From a virus: a stretch of 44,584 nucleotides of DNA. Within the stretch, counting starts at the first letter, position 1; each line of letters starts with the position of its first letter. Location of the stretch: IMG/VR virus record IMGVR_UViG_3300002307_000022, positions 1 to 44,584 of that record, one strand, 5' to 3'. Positions 17,668-26,893 of the stretch are shown here, one piece after another. Under the pieces are notes generated by a model. That model saw only the letters and a list, made by a program, of their open reading frames with translations, ran no database searches and was not told the origin of the DNA. The position numbers and the translations under genes were made by a program.

Positions 17668-18750
17668 ATGTCAGATTTTAGCACACGTACAGTTAGCATC
17701 AATGGCGCCAAAGCAGCATTGCGTCATGCATTCAAGAAAAAACGTCCAGTGTTTATTTGGGGACCCCCAGGTATCGGTAAATCCGATGCAGTACATCAGC
17801 TAGGTGATGAGATGGACTCTTATGTTATTGACGTCCGACTTTCTTTGTGGGAACCTACAGATATTAAGGGTATCCCTTATTTTAATGCTAATGATAATAC
17901 AATGAGCTGGGCTCCACCTGTAGAATTGCCTACTGAGGAATTTGCTTCTAAGTACAAAAATGTTATTTTGTTCCTAGATGAAATGAACTCAGCACCGCCG
18001 AGCGTACAAGCGGCTGCTTATCAACTTATCCTCAACCGCCGCGTTGGTACATATCACCTTCCAAAGAATGTAATCGTTGTTGCTGCTGGTAACCGTGAGG
18101 CAGATAAGGGTGTTACTTACCGTATGCCTGCTCCGCTTGCTAATCGCTTTGTACATCTTGAACTACGTGTAGATTTTGAAGATTGGTTTCAGTGGGCTAT
18201 TAACAACAACATCCACAAGGATGTCGTTGGTTATATTAGCTTTGCCAAACAGGATTTGTATGACTTTGATCCCAAGACTGCTAGCCGTTCATTTGCTACT
18301 CCGCGTTCGTGGAGCTTTGTTAGCGAGTTGCTCGAAGATGACATCAACGAAGGCACACTATCAGATCTTGTAAGCGGTGCTGTTGGTGAAGGTACTGGTG
18401 TTAAGTTTATGGCGCATCGCAAGGTTGCAAGCCGTATGCCTAACCCAAGCGACATCTTGGCAGGTAAGGTTAAGGAGCTTAAGGTTAAAGAAATCTCAGC
18501 AATGTATTCACTTACTGTGTCTATGTGCTATGAGCTTAAGGACGGCGCTGAGAAGAAAGTTAAGAACTGGGACGAAATGGCAGACAATTTTTTCCGCTTT
18601 ATGATGGATAATTTTGAGACTGAACTCACTGTCATGGGTGCTAAGATTGCACTTACTAACTACGACTTGCCACTAGATCCTAGCAAACTTAAGAACTTTG
18701 ATGAGTTTCACGATCGCTTTGGCAAGTATGTTATCGCTGCCAATCAGTAA
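17668..18750 (+). CDS. MoxR-like AAA+ ATPase
   Basis: Walker A GPPGIGKS, Walker B LFLDE, AAGNR, LANRF, TPRSW. Confidence 0.92.
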   Translation: MSDFSTRTVSINGAKAALRHAFKKKRPVFIWGPPGIGKSDAVHQLGDEMDSYVIDVRLSLWEPTDIKGIPYFNANDNTMSWAPPVELPTEEFASKYKNVILFLDEMNSAPPSVQAAAYQLILNRRVGTYHLPKNVIVVAAGNREADKGVTYRMPAPLANRFVHLELRVDFEDWFQWAINNNIHKDVVGYISFAKQDLYDFDPKTASRSFATPRSWSFVSELLEDDINEGTLSDLVSGAVGEGTGVKFMAHRKVASRMPNPSDILAGKVKELKVKEISAMYSLTVSMCYELKDGAEKKVKNWDEMADNFFRFMMDNFETELTVMGAKIALTNYDLPLDPSKLKNFDEFHDRFGKYVIAANQ

Positions 18751-18757
18751 TAGTTCA

Positions 18758-18795
18758 AATAGCACAGTTGACAATCCAGTTAACTGTGCTATTAT
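18758..18795 (+). promoter_or_regulatory. promoter TTGACA-N13-TGC-TATTAT overlapped by a 12-bp inverted repeat
   Basis: AATAGCACAGTT...AACTGTGCTATT brackets the -35 box and overlaps the -10 box. Confidence 0.7.
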
Positions 18796-18819
18796 ATATA
18801 CATAACACAGGAGCAAGAA

Positions 18820-20034
18820 ATGACAACCGCAGTAGCTGAACGCCGAGACGTCCGTAAATATGAAGAGAAACTAATCACTAGCCGCGTAGGCCTTTTGTTG
18901 CGTCATAGTTTTTTTGGTAATCTCGCTACACGTTTGAAAATGGTAGACTGTACAGACGATCCACGTATTAATACAGCGGCGACTGATGGTCGTCATTTCT
19001 ATTTTGATACTAAGTTTATTGACAAGCTAAGTCCTAAACAAACTGAATTTTTGTTTGCTCATGAAGTACTACATAATGTGTTCGATCATATGGGGCGGCG
19101 GGACAGTCGAGATCCTGACATCTGGAATATTGCAGCTGACTATGCTATCAATCAAATCCTCGTTGATGATAAGATTGGTGACAAGATTACACAGGTTAAA
19201 ATCTTCCAAGACAACAAATATCGCGGCAAGAGTGCTGAGGAAATCTACGACATCATTTTTGAGAAGTATGATCTCCAGCAGTTACAATCACTTGGTGAAT
19301 TGCTTGATCAACATCTTGATCCTGAGAAAGACGGCGGACCAGATGGTAAGGGTGGCAAGAAGAAACCCTATTCTAAAGAAGAGCTACGTAAAATCCGCGA
19401 TGAGATGAAAGAAGCAATGATTAGTGCTGCACAATCTGCAGGTGCTGGTAACATTCCTGCAGGTGTCCGTCGTATGATCCAAGAACTTACAGAGCCAAAG
19501 ATTAACTGGCGTGAATTGCTTCGTCAGCAGATCCAGTCAACTATCCGTAGCGATTATACTTGGATGCGTCCTAGCCGCAAGGGATGGCATACTGGTGCTG
19601 TATTGCCTGGTATGAATTATGATCAAACTATCGATGTTGCTATTGCTATTGATATGAGCGGCTCTATTAGCAATAAACAAGGTCGAGACTTCCTTAGCGA
19701 GGTACAAGGTATTATGGATCAGTTTAAGGACTTCCATATTAAACTATGGTGTTTTGATACTGCAATTTATAATCCAGTCGATATTACTGCTGATACTATT
19801 AGCGAGTTTGAAACATACGAACTCAAAGGTGGCGGTGGCACAGACTTTGATGCTAACTGGACGTTTATGAAAGACGAAAACTTTGTTCCAAAGAAATTTA
19901 TCATGTTTACTGACGGTATGCCTTGGAGCAGCTGGGGTGATGAAGACTATTGCGACACAGTGTTTATCATCCACGGTAACGAAACTATTACTCCGCCGTT
20001 TGGTGCGTACAGTCACTACGAGTTCAAAGAATGA
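18820..20034 (+). CDS. metallopeptidase-like plus VWA domain protein (DUF2201-like, MoxR partner)
   Basis: TAATDG, HEVLH, WNIAADYAIN, MIDAS DMSGS, GGGTDF, FTDG. Confidence 0.9.
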   Translation: MTTAVAERRDVRKYEEKLITSRVGLLLRHSFFGNLATRLKMVDCTDDPRINTAATDGRHFYFDTKFIDKLSPKQTEFLFAHEVLHNVFDHMGRRDSRDPDIWNIAADYAINQILVDDKIGDKITQVKIFQDNKYRGKSAEEIYDIIFEKYDLQQLQSLGELLDQHLDPEKDGGPDGKGGKKKPYSKEELRKIRDEMKEAMISAAQSAGAGNIPAGVRRMIQELTEPKINWRELLRQQIQSTIRSDYTWMRPSRKGWHTGAVLPGMNYDQTIDVAIAIDMSGSISNKQGRDFLSEVQGIMDQFKDFHIKLWCFDTAIYNPVDITADTISEFETYELKGGGGTDFDANWTFMKDENFVPKKFIMFTDGMPWSSWGDEDYCDTVFIIHGNETITPPFGAYSHYEFKE

Positions 20035-20306
20035 AGGACATTACACTTAATCCTCTAGATATATTGGAGAAGAGGAGGTTAAACTTCCTCTCTCCTCACC
20101 TCGAACCTATACACATAACCGGCAATTACAAAAAACCAATAAACGACTGGATAACCCTAAAACTAAAGGGTAGATATTTTCTAGGTGAAGATATACAGTT
20201 AGAAAACAATCGATTAGTTTCAAAAGAAATAGTAGCATTTGAAGATCCAAAGGAAGCCACTATATTTTTATTGTCTTGTCCGTATACGGCCAAAAATAAG
20301 GTATAG
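20031..20306 (+). CDS. hypothetical phage protein
   Basis: Coupled; AFEDPKEATIF. Confidence 0.7.
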   Translation: MKDITLNPLDILEKRRLNFLSPHLEPIHITGNYKKPINDWITLKLKGRYFLGEDIQLENNRLVSKEIVAFEDPKEATIFLLSCPYTAKNKV

Positions 20307-20351
20307 GGTTTTCTTTTTAGATTAAGTAGTATAGTCGAAAAGGAGACCATT

Positions 20352-20573
20352 ATGGACGACACAAATATTGAACAAAATAAGCCAACCGATGCTGCTAGTG
20401 GAGAACTTACTATTAATGATTTAGCTGCTGTTAGATCAATCATTGATGTTGCTAGTCAGCGTGGCGCATTTAAGCCAAACGAAATGGTAGCCGTTGGCAC
20501 TGTATACAGCAAGATCGATGTGTTTCTAACTGCTGCAACTGCTGCACAGAAAGCACCAGCAGACAATGCTTAA
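20352..20573 (+). CDS. hypothetical phage protein
   Basis: SD AAGGAG; LTINDL..IIDVASQRGAFK. Confidence 0.75.
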   Translation: MDDTNIEQNKPTDAASGELTINDLAAVRSIIDVASQRGAFKPNEMVAVGTVYSKIDVFLTAATAAQKAPADNA

Positions 20574-21228
20574 ACACGTTGGAAAAATGAAGCATAATGG
20601 GGCTAAGGTGTGCGTCGTGTATCGCACACTCCCCGGCGATGCTTTCGGAGCACTAGTAGTAGGAACTGCTAGTCTCAGTGAACAACACCATAACACGCTA
20701 ATGAGTGAAGTTGAATCTTCTCTCGGTCAGCAGGCTAACGAGCTAGGTGACCATTTATCTAATCGCTATTTCCAAGATGGATCTAATATTTTAGAATCAT
20801 TACACTTACAAGGAAAGCTACGTAGAGTAGATACCAAGGACGTTGTAATGACTCCAACTATGAGTGACGAGGTTAGCTTAGATGAAATAAATGTAATGAT
20901 CGCTGAACAGAAGGGCGTAACATTAGACGAACTTTCTATCAAGAGTGATATGCCTCATATGCAGAGAAAGACAAATGTACAAGATATCTCTGTAAAGGAT
21001 CATTCTGGCAATCATCCTCGAGTTGCTGAGAAGCAGAAAGAGTATCCTGAAATTCCTAGGGAATCTCCAACAGTTGCTAAATCATCACCTGCTGATCTAA
21101 GAGGCGAAGCAGAAAAACTTCTTCTAGAAGCTGCTAAGTTACAGAAAATGGCTGACGAGTTAGAAGCCCCTAAGAAGAAAATCAGTGCCAAGTCCAAACA
21201 AAAAACAACTAAATCAGAATATAATTGA
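20566..21228 (+). CDS. hypothetical phage protein
   Basis: Long coupled ORF with charged C-terminus. Confidence 0.8.
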   Translation: MLKHVGKMKHNGAKVCVVYRTLPGDAFGALVVGTASLSEQHHNTLMSEVESSLGQQANELGDHLSNRYFQDGSNILESLHLQGKLRRVDTKDVVMTPTMSDEVSLDEINVMIAEQKGVTLDELSIKSDMPHMQRKTNVQDISVKDHSGNHPRVAEKQKEYPEIPRESPTVAKSSPADLRGEAEKLLLEAAKLQKMADELEAPKKKISAKSKQKTTKSEYN

Positions 21229-21505
21229 TCAATGGCCTGAGATATTTGCTGACATAGACCTATCGTCCATACCTTTAGATTATTTACATAATGTTGTAAT
21301 AACTTTTAAGGATGGCAATCAATGGAATGTAATTATTAAAAAGAGAGATCGAGAAGTAATGAAAGGCAATCTGCCTAAAGAACTTACAGAACTTTTTAAT
21401 AATTATGAAAAGAATATAGCTAACGTTGATTTTCAGTTAGATATACCTCAGATGAAAAAAGATGTAGAGAAATCTACTAAAAAATTCCTTAGAGGAAAGA
21501 AGTGA
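21185..21505 (+). CDS. hypothetical phage protein
   Basis: GTG start; WPEIF..IPLDYL motif; last gene of the + strand core block. Confidence 0.7.
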   Translation: MPSPNKKQLNQNIIDQWPEIFADIDLSSIPLDYLHNVVITFKDGNQWNVIIKKRDREVMKGNLPKELTELFNNYEKNIANVDFQLDIPQMKKDVEKSTKKFLRGKK

Positions 21506-21506
21506 T

Positions 21507-22661
21507 TTAGCTGCTTCTTTCCTCTAATCTAACCATATTTCTTTCAATAAGTTTTAAATTTTCAATAAAATTATTCTTCTTATTGAGCAACCTATACAGA
21601 TCTAAGTTGTGCTTGCAGATCTTTTCCATTTCTTTTCTAACATTGATTTTTGTTAAATCGTCCATTTTAGCTATTGTGCGTAGATTTTCTATCATAATAG
21701 CTATTCTTTTTTCTAATGGAATATTACAATCATAACTCTCATCTATCCAATCTGAAAAAGTAACATAACCTTTCTCTCTGAGAAATTCTAGTGTTCCAGG
21801 ATTTCCTAATATCATAAAGGGCATACCTATGCTAATCGGCTTATATGATTTTTCACTTATAAAAAAACTTTCGTTATCTACATGAGTTTCGGTAACGATA
21901 TAGATAAATGAATTTTCGCAGAAGCGCATTGGTGTTTTTGCTGTAGGATTAGCACTGCCTATATCTTCAAAATCTAATGTATCATATGTTTGGTTAGCTA
22001 TTGTAGTATCTGGATTATTCATTTTAAATCTCTCGAATAATCTGTTAGATTGTAATGAGTCTTTCCAATTGGCATTTGCCCAAGTATTGTATCCATTCCT
22101 CAATAGATTATTATCTATTATCTTTTGCATCAATATACATCTATGGAGTCGAGGCATCCTGTTGAGGTTTATATAATCTTTTCCTGGTGTATATTTTGTT
22201 AGTATATCTTGTGCGTCAAGGTGTTGCTGCCACTGCTCTACGTAAAGGAATTTAAAAAGATTAGTCCTATTTTTTAGTTTATGATCGCTGCTTATATAAT
22301 AAGTGGGGATCGACGTGTGGAAATAATTAACAAAATAGTCAACTATGTATGCCATGTTAGCATTACCTTCTAGAGGATCTAGAAAAACCGGAACCAGTTT
22401 CCTATTAGTAAACAGCTCTATATAGTCTTCAACAAACTTAACTAATTCATTGATAAATTTGCTTTGATATTCTAAAAATATAGGAAATATATAACTGACA
22501 TTCCTTTCAAAATCCCAAGTAGTATCAACTTCTAGATATTTAAAAAAATGGAATTTATTATTATCATCGATTACATTATCGTTTTCTAGTTGCCAACCTA
22601 CACTCATATTGTCTCTAAACAGTTGGGTTTTTTGGAATTCTGCCAATATCTTAATTTTCAT
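21507..22661 (-). CDS. GT10 (fucosyltransferase)-like GT-B protein
   Basis: LNRMPRLHR, IVTETH..FISEKSYKPI..PFMILG..LREKGYVTF..IDESYD; paralog of 25550-26893. Confidence 0.5.
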   Translation of the reverse strand: MKIKILAEFQKTQLFRDNMSVGWQLENDNVIDDNNKFHFFKYLEVDTTWDFERNVSYIFPIFLEYQSKFINELVKFVEDYIELFTNRKLVPVFLDPLEGNANMAYIVDYFVNYFHTSIPTYYISSDHKLKNRTNLFKFLYVEQWQQHLDAQDILTKYTPGKDYINLNRMPRLHRCILMQKIIDNNLLRNGYNTWANANWKDSLQSNRLFERFKMNNPDTTIANQTYDTLDFEDIGSANPTAKTPMRFCENSFIYIVTETHVDNESFFISEKSYKPISIGMPFMILGNPGTLEFLREKGYVTFSDWIDESYDCNIPLEKRIAIMIENLRTIAKMDDLTKINVRKEMEKICKHNLDLYRLLNKKNNFIENLKLIERNMVRLEERSS

Positions 22662-23400
22662 TTATAATTCCTAATATATGTTCTGCAAATTGCTTATGGG
22701 AAAGAATTCCCTTGTGCATATCGTCCCTTGCTAAGTCTATATCTTTCATATTACCTATTTCTTTAAAATCAAATTTTTCTAACAGTGGTTTTATTTTATC
22801 ATGGAAATCTCGTATCCAACATCTAAAATATACTTCAATATTTTTTTCCTTTAGCAAAACAAATAAAGAATATAGATTCCAATATGTTTTTAATAAGATA
22901 GTCTGTTCAAATAAGATAGAGTGTTCCATAAATGCGATTTGCGATCTATCACTAGGAACAAAATTAGGACCGTGTAGTTGTAGATATTTTTCACAAGACA
23001 TCTGTCTCATCGGATCACTCATATACCAAACCAATTTATCTATTTTAAAATTATCCAACGCCCAAGCCAGGTTAATTATCTGCATATCAGGACCGCTTCC
23101 AGGAACGCCTAAATTAATACAGTGCCAATTATTTCCTAATCCTCGAGTTACTATTTCTGGAAATATATCATTCTGAGACAATCCAACACCAAAAGTTATA
23201 CTGCATCCTACAAAACATATAGTTTTTTCTTTAGGTGTCGAATCATATCTAAATCCATGTTCATTTATTTTATAAGTGAATGGTTCCCAATCTGGTAATA
23301 CTTTTTCAACTGATGTTGTTACATCCGCTTCCTGAGAAGGATGAAATAAACTACAAGGAATATGCGTATCATTAGGATAGCTTGCGTCTAGCACTTTCAT
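22651..23400 (-). CDS. SGNH/GDSL-like hydrolase or acyltransferase
   Basis: VGCSITFG, NLGVPGSG, DLARDDMH. Confidence 0.65.
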   Translation of the reverse strand: MKVLDASYPNDTHIPCSLFHPSQEADVTTSVEKVLPDWEPFTYKINEHGFRYDSTPKEKTICFVGCSITFGVGLSQNDIFPEIVTRGLGNNWHCINLGVPGSGPDMQIINLAWALDNFKIDKLVWYMSDPMRQMSCEKYLQLHGPNFVPSDRSQIAFMEHSILFEQTILLKTYWNLYSLFVLLKEKNIEVYFRCWIRDFHDKIKPLLEKFDFKEIGNMKDIDLARDDMHKGILSHKQFAEHILGIINEN

Positions 23401-24662
23401 AAAAATAAATCCTTTAAAAATGGAAAAACTTCTTTGCTTTTATCATTCCTGATGAGGTCTAATTTAGCTGTCATAGATCGCATCTTGGAAATTTGAGGAG
23501 TTTTATCTTCCGAATTCATATATGAAACAATATTCCTAAACGGGTTAGCATTGATCCTATATAGTCGTTCAATCTCATCTGCATATGCTAAAAGCTTTTC
23601 TGAAACTTGTTCTTTATATTCTGCAGGCAATAACTGACAGTTATAATATTCCGGATGTATTAAATTATTAAGATGGAATGTAGTACTAAAATGATTTTGC
23701 ATTTCTCGTAGGTCAACCATACCAAGTCTTATACATTCTCTATGGAAATCTGGCATATAGTAAACATTCCAAAAGCTTATAGTTGGATGCATACCCCATC
23801 TTATATTTCTACTATTAAATAATCCGCTAGACTTTAGACTATTAAAATTTTCAACTACTTGATTCCAATCTCCGCCCTTGCGTAGATAATTATAACGATC
23901 TCCACAATCATCAATACTTGCCATTAATTCTATGCTATCAAAATGTTTCCACATTTCTAAGAGATCATGTTTTTTATATTTTAATACACCAAAATTTGTG
24001 CTGTATCTTATCTTTATATTGCGTCGATTTTCTTTTATCAATCTTTCTAGAACGCGATAATGTTCGTCAGTTATTAATGGTTCTCCACCAGCAAAATGTA
24101 TGTATTCTACTTTATCAAATAAATTTTCAAAATCTTCTTCAAATGCTTCTACAGTATTCCATATTTTTTTAACTTTGGGCGGAGCTTTGTCACTATCAAT
24201 ATCCCATAATTTTATATAATCATCGTGCCACTGTGTAGAAAATTCAATACCACAAGTCCGACAACGTTGATTACAGATGTTTGAAAACCTAAAATCCCAA
24301 TGCACTAGATTTAATTCGTCAACTGTTCCGTCATCTTTTGTACTTTCTACAATTTCTTTATGCTTGCTTGCATAACTATCATTCATATGAGTACGTAGAC
24401 TTGTAAATCCATCTTCTTCTTTTTCATAGCAGCGACTACAAAAATTATCTGCTGGATTTCCTTCTAACATATCTAACCGTAGCTTTTTCATCTGCTCGCT
24501 ATTCCATACTTCGGCTATTGTTTGAGTTTCCATATTTCCAATAGTTTCGTTAATAGGTGACAGACAACAAGGATTAACTGCTTTGTTGGGCATAAAATGC
24601 ATATGTGTCCACGGAGCCATACAAAAAGTTTTATTTGATTTTAAATTTGGAATTGTTTTCAT
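23397..24662 (-). CDS. radical SAM enzyme with N-terminal twitch/SPASM-like domain
   Basis: FCMAPW..PCC..CSRC precedes CNQRCRTC; FAGGEP; YSTN. Confidence 0.9.
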   Translation of the reverse strand: MKTIPNLKSNKTFCMAPWTHMHFMPNKAVNPCCLSPINETIGNMETQTIAEVWNSEQMKKLRLDMLEGNPADNFCSRCYEKEEDGFTSLRTHMNDSYASKHKEIVESTKDDGTVDELNLVHWDFRFSNICNQRCRTCGIEFSTQWHDDYIKLWDIDSDKAPPKVKKIWNTVEAFEEDFENLFDKVEYIHFAGGEPLITDEHYRVLERLIKENRRNIKIRYSTNFGVLKYKKHDLLEMWKHFDSIELMASIDDCGDRYNYLRKGGDWNQVVENFNSLKSSGLFNSRNIRWGMHPTISFWNVYYMPDFHRECIRLGMVDLREMQNHFSTTFHLNNLIHPEYYNCQLLPAEYKEQVSEKLLAYADEIERLYRINANPFRNIVSYMNSEDKTPQISKMRSMTAKLDLIRNDKSKEVFPFLKDLFL

Positions 24663-24667
24663 ATATT

Positions 24668-24674
24668 AATTTAT
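24668..24674 (-). promoter_or_regulatory. late-like box ATAAATT, probably leaderless
   Basis: 5 nt before ATG 24662; no SD. Confidence 0.4.
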
Positions 24675-24687
24675 TCATTCCCGTAGG

Positions 24688-25575
24688 TTAGTCTGACCAA
24701 AACCATCCCTCTGGTCTACGTTCGTATTCTTCTGCTATATTGGTTTTTTGATATAATAATTGGTGAGGATATACACTGCTCCTGTTAGGATCAGCAGCCC
24801 ACTCGTATAATATCTTTTCCCAAGTATTGTGTGCATCTTGGACTTTAGTTATAGTGTTATTATGAAATTCATATTCAAGGACTGTTTTGATATATTGATA
24901 ATGCTCATTTGGCGAAGGATGTGAATCGCTAAATTTGCTTTCAAATTGTTTCCAAAGACTCTGCGTTTTAGTATCTATCTTGCCATCCCAAAGCACATCA
25001 TAAAAGCTAGGGCGTATCTTAGATAAAGAATCATTAAACGTTTCTTTCAATTTATCAATCATTGTTTTCTTATCTTTATTTAGAAACGTATCGATTAATC
25101 CATAATTATATTGATTAAACACCTTGGTTATATCAATCATAGATAGAAAATGATATTGACAACCTTTGTTTTTTAAGAAATCGTCAGTAGCACTGATCGT
25201 AGCATAATCTCTCAATGCCATACCGGCAGGGTCAGCAAATTTTTCAACCCAATCATCGTTATAAATGTTTTGTGTATAGATATTTCCCGGGCAGATCCAA
25301 TTATCTTCAACATACCTGTCCTCTCTGCATACATTAGTCCAACAAACAATAACTAAATCATCGCTGTTAAATTTAAAAAAAGCATCTGCTTGTATTATCG
25401 TATTAAAAATATATTGATTGCCAGCACCAGCAGTAGCATAATTCCAATAAGGAACCTTAGCTTCTATAGCAACAATCATTGGCCAAGTCATCCATCCGTA
25501 TCTAGTAAAACTACATCCAAATGCAAAAAATCTCTTTATTCCGTTCACATTAAAGGATTGCATTGTATTTTCCAT
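24688..25575 (-). CDS. SGNH/GDSL-like protein
   Basis: FGCSFT, NYATAGAGN, WT..RED, DSHPSP..H. Confidence 0.65.
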   Translation of the reverse strand: MENTMQSFNVNGIKRFFAFGCSFTRYGWMTWPMIVAIEAKVPYWNYATAGAGNQYIFNTIIQADAFFKFNSDDLVIVCWTNVCREDRYVEDNWICPGNIYTQNIYNDDWVEKFADPAGMALRDYATISATDDFLKNKGCQYHFLSMIDITKVFNQYNYGLIDTFLNKDKKTMIDKLKETFNDSLSKIRPSFYDVLWDGKIDTKTQSLWKQFESKFSDSHPSPNEHYQYIKTVLEYEFHNNTITKVQDAHNTWEKILYEWAADPNRSSVYPHQLLYQKTNIAEEYERRPEGWFWSD

Positions 25576-26893
25576 TTAATTGTCCAAATAATATATCAAA
25601 TTTATCTTTATGGTTTTTATTATAAAACAGTTCTCTATTTTCTTTCAATTTATATTTTATCGAATCTAATATGTCATATAGCTGGGATTGTGGCATAGCA
25701 ACCAAACGTTCTACATTATCGCATATCATACTAATCCTTTTTATGAGATCCGGTTCACTATCATATGATTCATCAAACAGTTCTTCAAATGTATGGTATC
25801 CTTGTTCTTTTAGATATCGAATAGTACCTAAAGATCCTAACACTATAAATGGATGTCCAATAGCTATAGGTTTCCATGTTTTCTCCGTAGTCCACAACGT
25901 ATTATATTCATTGTTTGGATAATTTTTGTTTTCACAAGGAGAAAATGTTTCAGTTACTATACTAAAAGCCGAATCATAAAAATGTTTAGAATCGTATCTC
26001 CTATCATCACCGTCAAAAAATTCGTGTCCATCACCATCTAATATAAATTTTTCTGCTTCTAATCTTCTCATTGAGGATATCTTTAATTCTACATCTATCC
26101 GTTGATGATCAACTATACGTTCATCATCAACATTAAACATAAACGGTCCCGGATGTGTACCCCAACTTACATATCCACTATCTATCAATCCTCTAGATAA
26201 TAACTCACTAACTAACCCTGCTCTATGAATACGCTTATTACCATTATAATTTAGGAATATTTTAGATGGTTTATTCCAATTATCGATCTCAAAACTTTCT
26301 CTAAGTTTATCTTTGTCAGACAACAGATGATCGTACAACCTAGCACTGCGGCATTCACTCCCTAGATAACGTGTATAACAGGTCATCTGATGTTTGGGTT
26401 GCCACCAATCTATGCCAAATATCTTAAAACCCTTGAAATATTCTGTATACGTAACGTTTAGATCTCCCAGTACTATGTAAATATTGTCTATTGCTACACC
26501 GTTTTCTATAAATTGGTTTGCAAAATCTTTTATAGGCGAAAATGCCCAACCGTCTGCACCTTCTTCTTGGAACAATATCAAAACTTTTATCATACCTTGT
26601 CTAATAAAATCCAAAGTTAAGTTTGGTATAGTATCTTTGATACTAAACTCAGGACGTATCACTTCTATAGGATAAAATAAATTAGGAACAATACTACCGT
26701 TAGTAAAAATGTTAACAGCGCATCCTTGTGCAATCGCAAGATCATAGAACATTGCTACCGAATTGATATGATTTGTTTTATTTAGATAAGGCAAAAAAGG
26801 AAATTTAATATCTCCGTTTGTAATCTCAAACTCAACTGCACAATTAGGAACTGGACCATACTCAGTTATCTGATCATAATAAAAATTAATCAT
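25550..26893 (-). CDS. GT10-like GT-B protein
   Basis: YNGNKRIHR, IVTET..TEKTWKPI..HPFIVLG..LKEQGYHTF..DESYD. Confidence 0.5.
   Translation of the reverse strand: MINFYYDQITEYGPVPNCAVEFEITNGDIKFPFLPYLNKTNHINSVAMFYDLAIAQGCAVNIFTNGSIVPNLFYPIEVIRPEFSIKDTIPNLTLDFIRQGMIKVLILFQEEGADGWAFSPIKDFANQFIENGVAIDNIYIVLGDLNVTYTEYFKGFKIFGIDWWQPKHQMTCYTRYLGSECRSARLYDHLLSDKDKLRESFEIDNWNKPSKIFLNYNGNKRIHRAGLVSELLSRGLIDSGYVSWGTHPGPFMFNVDDERIVDHQRIDVELKISSMRRLEAEKFILDGDGHEFFDGDDRRYDSKHFYDSAFSIVTETFSPCENKNYPNNEYNTLWTTEKTWKPIAIGHPFIVLGSLGTIRYLKEQGYHTFEELFDESYDSEPDLIKRISMICDNVERLVAMPQSQLYDILDSIKYKLKENRELFYNKNHKDKFDILFGQLNGKYNAIL

Noticed and set aside
448-20443. Numerous 60-200 aa antisense or alternate-frame ORFs (e.g. 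1231-1821, 4296-4688, 14041-14283, 15434-15877, 19055-19408)
   Set aside because: They shadow well-supported genes and have no SD or motifs; they are a by-product of codon bias.
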